A DNA stretch of 64,000 bases from Camelus dromedarius. Its lineage: Eukaryota. The notes under the pieces are model-generated. The model was not told where the DNA came from and did not search any database. It saw only the letters and a list, made by a program, of their open reading frames with translations. Made by a program: the position numbers and the translations under genes. Shown here in pieces: positions 13,201 to 24,140 of the stretch; position 1 is the first letter of the stretch; the number at the start of each line of letters is the position of its first letter. The stretch spans positions 67,086,001 to 67,150,000 of the forward strand of contig NC_087437.1 in NCBI RefSeq assembly GCF_036321535.1. The letters run 5' to 3'.

Positions 13201-14226
13201 TAATATCGCTGTCATCAAAATACTTTCTCCCTTTTCCTCCTCCACGTAACCTGTTGTGTCCAAACCCTTCACTGCCTGTCCTTTCCCTATATTTCAATAA
13301 AGGGAGGCATAGAAATGTATCTTCCTGTGACATTCAAATGAGCAGGTGTAAGTATATGAGCTGAGCCAGAGAACCTGGTGAACGTCTCACAGTTCCCCAC
13401 AGGGACACCTTCTGGAATCGAGTGTGGGCTTTAACTGGTGCTTAGCCCCTTCTGAGATGGTCCCCAGGCACCCAGGGAGTAGGAACAGGAGCAACGAGGA
13501 GGTCTGCAGGATGGTCTGTTCCCCAAAGAGCAGGTCCTGAAGGTAACACTCATTCATCTAATGCCAGCACTTGAAGCTCGTTTCCCTTTCTATGAGGCGG
13601 GGCTCTGGTGGTGCCCTGCTCTTTCTGTCAGGAGGAAATCACGCCTCCTGACAGCTGCCTGGTTGCAGGACGGCTTCATGCTGAAACCTGTTTTATGTGC
13701 ATTTGTTAACCCTGCAGCAGAACCTCAAAGTTAAGCCAAAATAGGGGAACAGCGACTGCAAACTAGGGCACGTGGTTGCCAAAGAGTGACCACAGTCCTT
13801 TCTTGCATTTACCTGGCATAAGAGCCCTTGTCAGGGGGTGACCCGTTCTAGTTATTCTAGTTTGAAACTTTTCACCAGCAGTATAATGTGCAGTGGACAC
13901 AGAGTCACTATTTTGCATTACTGCAGTAACACTCTTATTTAGGAATGTAGGTGAGGTAAATGCCTGTTCTCCTGGACCAAACATTGGGAAATCTGTTAAA
14001 CCGCAAAAGATTTTTTTTTTAGTTGAATAGGCTCATCTTAGAGATTAAATCTGTTGTGAAGTGTTATATATATGTTACAAATATAAGTGCTATAGAAAAG
14101 TAGCAAGTATACTGTGCTTGCTAAATTCTGGTTCTTCCTGGTTGATCTTCCACAGAAGTATGAGATTACAGAGGAACGTGTAATATTTTCAAAAACCATT
14201 ACTGAATTCTGCAGTTTTGTAGGGTT

Positions 14227-14233
14227 TGTGTGT

Positions 14234-14267
<34 letters not shown>
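14227..14267. repeat. (TG)n microsatellite
   Basis: Read directly; one TA interruption. Confidence 0.97.
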
Positions 14268-14276
<9 letters not shown>

Positions 14277-15279
14277 TATATATATTTTTTATCCTCTCAT
14301 CTATTTCTTGCCACTGCAGTTCTGTGGTTGCTATGGAGAAGGTTATGATAAGGAGAAGCAGCAGAAGGTTAAAAGTTCTTCCTGCATCTGGAACAAAAGT
14401 GACAATCTCCCCACACTGCTTCTTTACGCCCTCCCACTCATGTGATGATCTCCAGCACTACATCACCTCTTGGTGACGGAGGATGGCTTGATGCTATATT
14501 GTGAGAATTCCTCAGAGGAGCTTATTCTCCCCTTTTTAACTTTTCAGCTTTATGGCTTTATCATTTTAGTACAGGCACAGAATGAAAGGAAAGAACAGGA
14601 ACATCGGGGTGAAACATCAACTCGGCACATTTCTGTTTCGTGTGGGTGGGCTTTTTCTTCCGTTTCATTTGTGTGTTTAAAATTTTTATTTATTCTTTGT
14701 TTGCTAGTCTGAGGGAGAAGCTTAGAGAAAGGACCTGATGTAGAACAGTTGGGATTTGGTTAATCTGCTTAGAAATAACATTAATCAGTAGATCAGATAC
14801 TGTCAACAATACAGGGCCTTCTATCCCCATTATCTTCCCCATTCTTTTCTTGCTTATTCTTCCTGCATGAGCTTGATTTCATTTAGATTTGTCATTTTAT
14901 TTCCCACCAGTTGTTTGTTTTCTCATGTTTCTTTTATATTTTTACTTCACGTTTAATTTTTGAATTTCACTCCTGCTCTGTCATGGGAGCATATTCAGTC
15001 TTTTAGCTTTTTACTTGGGGAGTGGAGGTTATGAATATGTAATAATACAGCTACCAAAAGAAGTTGTCTCTTAACTTAAACTTTGTATAGCTCTTGATAA
15101 TTAAAAAATTACAGCTGTAGGTAAAAGTCAAAAATAATTATATGACCATAATTTTCTTGAGAAGTTTCATGCCACTGGGACAATCGTGTGAGTCTAGGTG
15201 AATATATACTTGGTTTCTTCCATTTTTTTCTTACTGCTTAGTGCTACTTTGGGTTATCTTCCTGAGATTGGATTCAGTT

Positions 15280-15700
15280 ACTATGTATTAAGGACTTCCT
15301 TTATGCCAGGTACTTAATGTACACTTCTTCAGAGTGATCTTGTGAGGTAGATATTTTTTATCCTTTTTCTAAAAAATCTGGGAAGACTAAGGCTCAAAGG
15401 GTTTATGTGTCCAAAGTTACACAACTAGGAAGTAGCCATGCCTGAGTCCCAAGTCCTGCACCCTTTTCACTGTTACTAGGAGGCTGTATGAGGTAGTTGT
15501 TCAGAAAGGCCCTGGAGTCAGACCAGACATTGATTTGAATCCCAGTTCCATCCCAGAATATTTTTTAGCATCTCTAGGCCTCGGTGTCAAAATACGATTA
15601 ATAATCCTATCACCTCCCAGTCTTGTTTGTTACTAAGCTTATATGAAGTGCTTAGAAGAGTATTTGACATGTAAGTTCTTGATGAATATTATCAAATACA
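15280..15700. mobile_element. Two adjacent MIR fragments in opposite orientations
   Basis: 15280-15470 is antisense (atgccagg...actaaggctca...aagttacacaactagga). 15490-15700 is sense (ctggagtcagac...ttgaatcccagttcc). Confidence 0.65.
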
Positions 15701-16183
15701 TATTGGACATTTACTGTATTATGGTCATTATGTGCTGGGATGTGGGCATATTGTTTCTACCTAGAATCTGGTAAGAATGTCTTATGACAGTTTCAGGGAA
15801 GTACAGAGCACCGTGGAGGTATTTTAAGGGGAATGGTAACCCGTTCTGGAGGCCAGGAAAATTTTGAAATGTGAAAGGTAAGTAGGAGTTAGAAGGATCG
15901 TGAGAGTGTATGTGTGTGTGTGATGTGGAAGGGTGTTTCAAGCTAAGGAAAGAGACCATACAAAACTGGGAGAGCCCAGGGTATTCCTGGAGCTGAGGAG
16001 AGTCCAGTGTGTGACAACGTGCTGTAGGCAGAGCCATGTTCAGCAGGGCCTTGACTGAAGGTCATGGAAAGTGCTTGGACACATTGTGTCAGTACACGGT
16101 TCTGGTGTCATATTACCTCTGTCATCATTCTTAGATTTCTAAGAGCTTCTGACAGGGCAGATAACCAAATTCCCTATTTTTAC

Positions 16184-17320
16184 ATTTTTTAATGGAATAT
16201 AATTGACATAAACATATTAGTTTCAGGTGTACAACATGATCTGATATTTGTAAACATGTATTGTAAGATGATCACCACAGTATATCCAGATAACATCTGT
16301 CATCATACATATAAAAATTTTCTTCTTGTAATTGGAGCTTTCAAGATTTACTGTCCTAGCAACTTTCAAATATGCAACAAGCATTAACTATAGTCACTAT
16401 GCTGTACATTACATCCTCATGGCCTTCATTCTGTAAGTGGAAATTTGTACCTTTAGACCATCCATTTTTCCCACCCTCCTGCCTCAGGCAACCAACAATC
16501 TGTTCTATATATCCTTGAGCTTGGTGTTTCTTTTTTTTTTTTTATTAGATTCCGCATAGAAGTGAGATAATATGGGGTTTATGTTTTTCTGTCTGACTTA
16601 CTCCACACTTAGCATAATGCTCTTAGGATCCATCCATGTTGTAACAAATGGCAAGATTTCATTCTTTTTTTTAATGACTGAATTATATCGCATTGTACAT
16701 ATATTACCACATTTTTATTGTATGTCATCCATCCATGGATATTTAGGTTGTTTCCATGTCTTGGCTATTGTAAATAATGCTGAAATGAATATGGAGGTAC
16801 AGAAATCTTTTCAAATTAGTGTTTTTGTCTTCTTGGGGTAAATGCCCAGAAGTGGAATTGCTGGATCAAATGCAAATGGTAGTTCTATTTTTTAATTTTT
16901 TAAGGAAACTCCATATTGTTTTCCATAGTGGCTGTATCAATTTACATTCCCACAAACAGTACACAAGGCTTCCCTTTTCTCCAGAGATCCTTGGAGAATC
17001 CTTGCCAGCACTTGTTATTTCTAATCTTTTTCATGATAGCCGTTCTGCCAGGTGTGAGGTGATATCTGATTGTGGTTTTGAATTGCATTTCCCTGATGAT
17101 TGATGGAAGATGAGGTTGAACATCATTTCATGTACCTGTTGGTCATCTGTATGTCTTCTTTGGAAAAATATTCAGATCCTCTGATTTTTTTTAAGGATTG
17201 TTTATTATTTGTTGTTGAGTTGTGTAAATTCTTTATATATTTTGGATATTAACCCCTTATCAGATATATGCAAATATTTTTCCCCATTCTGTAAGTTGTC
17301 TTTTAATTTTGTTGATCTTA
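16184..17320 (-). mobile_element. 5'-truncated L1 (3'UTR and ORF2 C-terminus)
   Basis: ttggctattgtaaataatgctg, agaagtggaattgctggatc, tgtggttttgaattgcatttccctgatg, aaccccttatcagata. Confidence 0.9.
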
Positions 17321-18879
17321 TTTCCTCCACATTTCAGGTCTCTTATTTTTTCATATTGTAGGCACTGAAGAATGCTTTAAACTGGTTAAAAGTTAAACTG
17401 GTACTTACACAAACATATCCCCCAAAATCGAGAAAATTTTAAAAGTAGTCTTTAGTTTGGAAAGAGTCAATGTTGTTGATGAACAGAAATAAAATATTCC
17501 AGTTGAGTCATTTTTTAAAAAGAATTTAATTGGTTTCAGAATATAACATCCTTCCTGATGGTTTCAGATGGCCTTATTTGTTCATAAATAACTCTCCTTG
17601 TTGATGTAGCCCCTTTTATCATATGAATGCTTCATTAAACAAATGGCGCTCGCTCATTATAGCCAAGCGGGGCTGTATTCAACCACATGGTGAAGTTGAG
17701 ATATGCTGTTGTATTTAACAGTAAAGGCCGTTTATCTGGCCTTTTGCCATCTGGAAACTAGTTAGTATTTCCCAATATAAAACTTCAATCTGCTAACCAG
17801 ATTGATACTGGCATTTAGCTACAGTGTCACAGTGTCACAAAGGCCAACCAAAATATAAACTAAAGGAGTGTAATTTCTTTAAAAAACACAACAAAACTAA
17901 GCCACGAAAGAAAGGTACGTTCTTCCCACCCTAGTCATTGTCTAGTTTAAAAACCTGCATTTTTAGAAGTTCTTTAGAAAACTAAATTTACAAGCATTTT
18001 GACTTGCAAGTTTAAATTGGCCCAGAAGGTTGCCCCTATAACAAAAGATTATCCTGAAACACTAAAAAAAAAAAATGGCTCATAGATTGTCATTTTTCTC
18101 TCCCCATGCCCTACCCTCTTTCTAAGTGATTTCTAAAATTTGAAAGCACAGAAATTTTTTTTTTAAAGTCTTTCATATAATCCTTGGGGAATTAAGATTT
18201 ATTTTTAAATTATACTTATTGCTAGGACCTGCAGCAGTTTACAGGAAATACTATTCATCTGTTTTCTTTAAATCAAGTTAAATACAAATGTGGCACTCCC
18301 TCTTTTCAGGTTGGCAGGAAATTTAATATCAATTACTACTGGAGCTCCTTTCCCCACACTGCAAGGTTTCCTATAGAGCCCAAACCCTGGGGGACCCCTC
18401 TGGTCCTCTGTGGGGTAACTACTAACATTACCGATGTTTGAACCCACAGGGTCCGCTGAAGTCTTGCTCTGCAGCTCTGTACTGTGTAGAACACAGGGGA
18501 TCTTGCAGTGATGGAGGCTCAGCGTCCAGGAGCAGCCATCCTTTCTGAGGCTCTGCTATTTCCCTTGGCCTCCGAGGAAAGCAGAGCATGGATCCCCTCT
18601 TCTCCAGAAACTTGGCCAGCATGCATGCCCTTCCTAGTAGCCCCTTTTCTCCTTTCTTCAGCTCAGAGATGCCTCTCACCTCCTCTACCACAGGACAGTT
18701 TCCTCAGTGAGCACGGGCTTCCCCTAGAGACAGGAAGCCTTTTGTCTTTGGTAGTTTCAGCTTTCCACCTTGCAAAAGCCTCTGAGGTGAGGAAATCCAG
18801 AGTGCTTGACAAAGAAAGGTTTAGAAGAGGTAGGGGAGCAGAAAGGGAAAGAGAGAACTTTTAGTGTTTTCATTGACTG

Positions 18880-19352
18880 CTTGCTGTAGTCAACATTTGT
18901 CCTATTCACATCTGGCCATCACATTTTGAATAACATTTCTACATTTGGAGAAGTTTACACATTAGGAGCCCGCCTCCCCCTGCTCGGAAGTGAGAACTCA
19001 ATTTTCCAGCCTCTTCTGCCGCTTGGACTTCAGCTGTCTTTCAGGGGCACGTAGGTGAGACATGACTTGGAAGAGAACCCTGTGAGGAGCGGGCTCTGTG
19101 CTGAGCGTAGGTAGCAGCAGGAGCCTATGGCTTTGGGGGATGATAGTGTCATAGGCTGAGTGCCGGGTAGAGACCTGGCATCAGGACCAGTTGTCCTCCT
19201 AGGTTCCAGCATGTAGGGCTTGGTGACAGGGACTGACACAGCAGTTTGCTCATCAAGCCAGTTCTCCAGCATAGTTTTGGATGTTTTCCTAGAAGTTTAG
19301 CCTTGAGTTTGTTTCTCTAGCCATCTCAGTGATTCTGTGAGCTCCCCAACAT
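18880..19352 (+). mobile_element. Ancient ERVL-type solo LTR (LTR33-like), cut at its 3' end by an L1
   Basis: Starts tgtagtc, contains ttttccagcctcttctgc and gtgattctgtgagctcccc, resembling recalled LTR33-family motifs. Confidence 0.45.
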
Positions 19353-20477
19353 TTGCTGTTTATTTTTTAATTAAAAAAAATCAGATTTATTGAGGTATAA
19401 TTTACCTACAATAAAATATCTTCTTTTGGGTTTATAGTTTGTTGGGTTTTGACAAATGTTTATACCCTTGTAGTAATCACCACAGTCATGATACTGAAGT
19501 TTTGTTTCTGGGTTCTTTCACTTAGCAGAATGCCTTTGATATTTATCCATGTTGCTTGTGTCAGTAGTTTTCCTCTTTGTTAATGAGAAATTTTCCAGTG
19601 CATGGCTATGCCACAGTTTTATCCATTTGCATGTTGCTGGACATTTGAGTTGTTTACATTTTTTTGTTAGCTATTGTGAATAAAGATGCTGTGAGCATCG
19701 CATATCAATGTTTTTATGGATGTGTGTTTTCACATCTCTTGGATAAATACCTAGGATTGGAATTGCTGGATAGTATGGTTGAGTGTATATTTAACTTTGT
19801 TAGAAACTGAAAATATTCAAAATGACTGTACTACTTTGTAGTCCCTCCAAAAATGTATGAGAGTTTGAGTTGTTCTGCATTTTTGGGAAAACTTGGTATT
19901 GTCAGTCATTTTAAATTTAACTCATTCTAGTCGGTGTGTGGTAGTAACTCAGTGTGGATTTAATTTCCCTATTAATTAATGAAGTTGAACATCTTTTCAT
20001 ATTCTTATTACTCATTTGTGTGTTATCAAAGGTGCATTAAAAAAGTGGGTTGTTTGTCTTACTGAATTTTAAGAGTTGTTTATATACTGTAAATACAGGT
20101 CCTTGATGTGTTTTGAAAATATTTTCTCCCAAACTATGGCTGGTATTTTTATTTTCTTAATAGGGTCTTTTAAAGACAAGAAATTGTTAATTTTGAAAGT
20201 CTAATTTATAATTTTTAATAGTTCACACATTTTTGCATCCTAAGAAATCTTTTCCTAACTCAGAGTCATAGAGACTTTCTTCTGTGTTTCCTTCCAGAAA
20301 TGTTGTAGTTTTCACTCTTACATTTAAGCTTTTGATTCAGGTTAACTTCTATAAAAGGTGTAAGGTAAAAGTGAAGCTAATATTTTTGAATATGGAGATC
20401 TAATTTTCCCAGCACTGTGTGTTTTTGGTTTTTTTTTTTTTACTTTTTAAATAAAAATTCAGTTTATTCATCTGTTT

Positions 20478-20567
20478 AAAAAATACGGCATGCTTCACAA
20501 ATTTGCATGTCATCCTTGCTCAGGGGCCATGCTAATCTTCTCTGTATCCTTCCAATTTTAGTATATG
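20478..20567 (-). pseudogene. U6 snRNA retropseudogene, lacking the first 18 nt
   Basis: Minus strand reads CATATACTAAAATTGGAAGGATACAGAGAAGATTAGCATGGCCCCTGAGCAAGGATGACATGCAAATTTGTGAAGCATGCCGTATTTTTT, which is U6 nt 19 to end with about 7 substitutions, mostly at CpGs. Flanking duplication CCCAGCACTGT at 20408-20418 and 20568-20578. Confidence 0.95.
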
Positions 20568-20974
20568 CCCAGCACTGTTTTTTGAAGAGTATTCTTTTTC
20601 CACTGAAAAGCCTTGACACCTTTGTTGGAAATCAATTGACCATATATGTGTGGATCTATTTCTGTACTGTCTGTCTGTCCTAATGCCAATTCTGCACTAT
20701 CTTGATTAATGTAGCTTATAGTAAGTTGTAAAAATTAGATATTCAAGTCTTCGAATTTTTTATATTTTATTTTAGCTTTTTATTTTATATAAATACAATA
20801 GTTAAGGATTGCTTTTTTATAAGATTAATATTTTGTTCTGTTAATTTTTTTAAAATTTTGTTTGGTTTTGATTTTATACTTTCTGAAATTAGTTAACTTT
20901 TACTTTATTGTTTTTTCCTCAAACTTGAGTAGTTCAGCTTTAAATTTTATTTAAATTTAAATTTAATTTCACTT

Positions 20975-22172
20975 AATTTTTTATTGAAGTATAGTTGATT
21001 TACAATGTTGTGTTAATTTCTGGTGCACAGCATAGTAATTCATTTATACATATATATATTCCTTTTCATATTCTTTTTCATTATAGGCCATTACAAGGTA
21101 TTGAATATAGTTCCCTGTGTTATACAGTAGGACCTTGTTGTTTATCTGTTTTATATAGAGTAGTTAGTATCTGCAAATCCCGAATCCCAATTTATCCCTC
21201 CACTCCTTCCTTCCCCCTCAACTGTAAGTTTGTTTTCTATGTCTGTTGAATCTGTTTCTGTTTTATAAGTAAGTTTTTTTTTTTTTAGATTACACATATA
21301 AGTGATATCATATGGTATTGTTCTTTCTTTTTCTGGCTTACTTCACTTAGAATGACGATCTCCAGGTCCATCCATTTTGCTGCACATGGCATTATTCTTA
21401 TGGTTGAGTAGTATCCATTGTATAAATATACCACATTTTCTTTATCCAGTAATCTGTTGATGGACATTTAGGTTGATTCTGTGTCTTGGGTATTGTAAAT
21501 AGTGTGCTTTAAACATTGGGGTACATGTATCTTTTTGAATTAGAATTTTCTCCGGATATATGCCCAGCAATGGGATTGCTGGATCACCTGGCAACTCTAT
21601 TTTTAGTTTTTTTAGGAACCTCCATACTGTTTTCCATGGGGGCTATACCAATTCACATTCCCACCAACAGTGTAGGAGGGTTCCCTACACCCTCTACACC
21701 CTCTCCAGCATTTATCGTTTGTAGACTTTTTAATGATGGCCATTCTGACCAGTGTGAGGTGGTATCTCATTGTAGTTTTGATTTACAGTTCTCTGCTAAT
21801 TAGCTATATTGAAATTTTTTTCTGGAGCCTATTGGCTATTCATATATCTTCACTGAAAAAATGTTTGTTGAGGTTTTATGCCTGTATTTTGACTGAGTTG
21901 CTTGGTTTTTTGTTATTGAGTTGTATGAGCTGTTTGTATATTCTGGAAATTTGGCCCTTGACGGTCGCATTGTTTGAAACTATTTTCTCCCACTCTGTAG
22001 GTTGTCTTTATGTTTTATTTATGGTTTCCTTTGCTGTGCAAAAGCTTGTAAGTTTAATTAAGTCCAGTTTGTTTATTTTTGCTTTTATTTCTGTTGCCTG
22101 GGTAGCCTGCCCTAGGAGGGCATCGCAGAGATTTACGTCAGAGAATGCTTTGCCTATGTTCTCTTCTAGGAG
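20975..22172 (-). mobile_element. Younger 5'-truncated L1 nested in the old L1M
   Basis: Minus-strand peptides [15 protein letters not shown]...[22 protein letters not shown] and WMDLEIVILSEVSQ...HMISLIC correspond to the L1 ORF2p C-terminus. Confidence 0.92.
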
Positions 22173-23819
22173 GTTCTCAAAAATTTTTTTTCTTTTCAAA
22201 ATGAGGCTATTTTAATCTTCACTTTTACACATAGATTAATTTATTTCTACAGAATAGTTAACTGGAATTTTGATTAGGATTGTATTAAATCAGTAGATGA
22301 ACTTGGGAAGACTTGACATCTTAACAATACTGTCTTTTGATTAATGGCCATGATTTATCTCTCCATTTATTTAGGTCCTTAAATTTTTCTCAGAAGAGCT
22401 TTCATTGTAGGGGTCTTGCAGATATTTTGTTTAAGTTATTCCTATGTGTTTCATCTTTTTGATGCTGTTGTGATTCTTTTAATGTCTCTGGGATCTGTAG
22501 TTACATCCCTTCTTTCATAATAGTGATTTTTTTGTCTTTTATAATGTTGGACAGTCTGGCTAGAGATTTATCTGGCTAGAGAGTTTTATTGACTTCTTGG
22601 AGAAACAGCTTTTGATTTCAGTGATTTACCCATTAATAATTTTCCTGTCTTCATTTTCATTGAATTCTACTCTTTATACTTTTCTTCTTTTGAATTGCTT
22701 TTGATTTACTTTTCTTTTCCTAGTTTCTTAAGGTGGATGCTTGGATTGTTGATTATAAACCTTTCTTCTTTCATACTGTGAGCATTTAGATGCTGTTAAT
22801 TTTCCTTAAATAGCGCTTGATTGTTTCCCATGAATTTTGATCTGTTGTGTTTTCATTTATGCGGTTAAAAACATTTTCTGATTTTCCTTATAATTTGCCT
22901 TTTGACCCATGAATTACTTAGAAGAGACTTTTTATAAATGTTGATGATTTTCTAGATTTCTTTGTTATTGAGCTCTAATTTAATTCACATTCTTTGCATG
23001 ATTTTAATTATTTTATATTAGTTAAAGTTTATTTTTGTAGCTCAGAATATGGTCTATCTTGGTGAATGTTCCATGTACACTTGAAAGTAATGTATATTCC
23101 ATGATGTTGGGTAGAGTGTCCTAAAAACCTCAGTTATGTTAAGTTCATTGGTAGTATTGTTTGGGCCGTCTATATTTTTACTGATTTTTTTAAACTGATT
23201 TTTATATATTTGTTTTATGTAACTGTTAATGACAGAAGAGTGTTCCAATCTCTATGATAGAGATTTTTTCTTTTTCTCCTTCCAGTTCTATCAGTTTTTG
23301 CTTCATGTACTCTGAAGCTCTGTTGTTCGATGCATACACAGGACTGTTATGTTCTTGATGAATTGGCCCCTTTATCATTATTTAATGTCCTTCTTTATTC
23401 CTATTTTGGTGACCTCGTTCTTCTCTCTTCACATGCTGCTTCTTTCACAAACTCTCCAAGAAGAAGGAGGGTCCTGTTGGATTTGCCAGGCACTGTTGTG
23501 TTTGGTACATATTTTGACAAAGATCTTATGACAGTTATCTCAGCAACAACTGTCTGGTCTATAGGTGACTGGTCAGATGCTGATTCCTGGTACAGTCACT
23601 TGTAGCCAGGGTATGAATGAGATCCTGTGTCGTAAACCATGGTGACCTGCTTTTAAGGAATTGCTTCATTCTCCTTCCCCTGAAGGGAATTTTGGCTGTG
23701 GTAGTGATCATATTACCATGTCCATCGTAACATTGCAAAACCAGATCTGCTTTTATGGCTTGCTTCTTTAAACAGCTAATTACAATCACATTACTCACGT
23801 AGTTTTACAAAAGCACTTA

Positions 23820-24140
23820 GAAACACAAATGCCCATAGGAGTCAGACAGGTATCCTGCCTGAGTAGAGTGGGCTGAATTGTAGATAATAGGGCATGGTGG
23901 GGATTGTAGCAATGCGGAGAGCTCATAATTTGAAGGGGCAGCCCTAGTCAATTGCCATGAGAAATGCAGGCCCAATATTACTAACTCTTACAGTTTTTAA
24001 GATAAGTTGGTAATCTAGAGTTGTATATTATTTGATTTTTAAGTAATTCAAAGTACTTAAAAACTCTGAGTAGTTCATATAGGCCAAACAAAATATGTAT
24101 GTAAATCAACTGTAAATTTGTCAGACTGTAGTCAGCTCTG
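23820..24140 (+). mobile_element. MER102-like hAT-Charlie element
   Basis: caaatgcccataggagtcagacaggt...ttgccatgagaaatgcaggccca...ggccaaacaaaa. Confidence 0.65.

Larger units (their letters stand above)
19360..23405 (-). mobile_element. Old L1M element hosting the U6 retrocopy and a younger L1
   Basis: L1 3' end at about 19385 (ttttattgaggtataatttac). ORF2 antisense signatures run to about 20755 and resume at about 22180-23405. Confidence 0.85.

Noticed and set aside
23559..23798. Minus-strand ORF containing QCYDG, resembling the hAT transposase GQCYDGA motif
   Set aside because: No downstream HC..H motif or other transposase similarity. The DNA (aattcccttcagg) looks more like the start of an ancient ERVL-type LTR.
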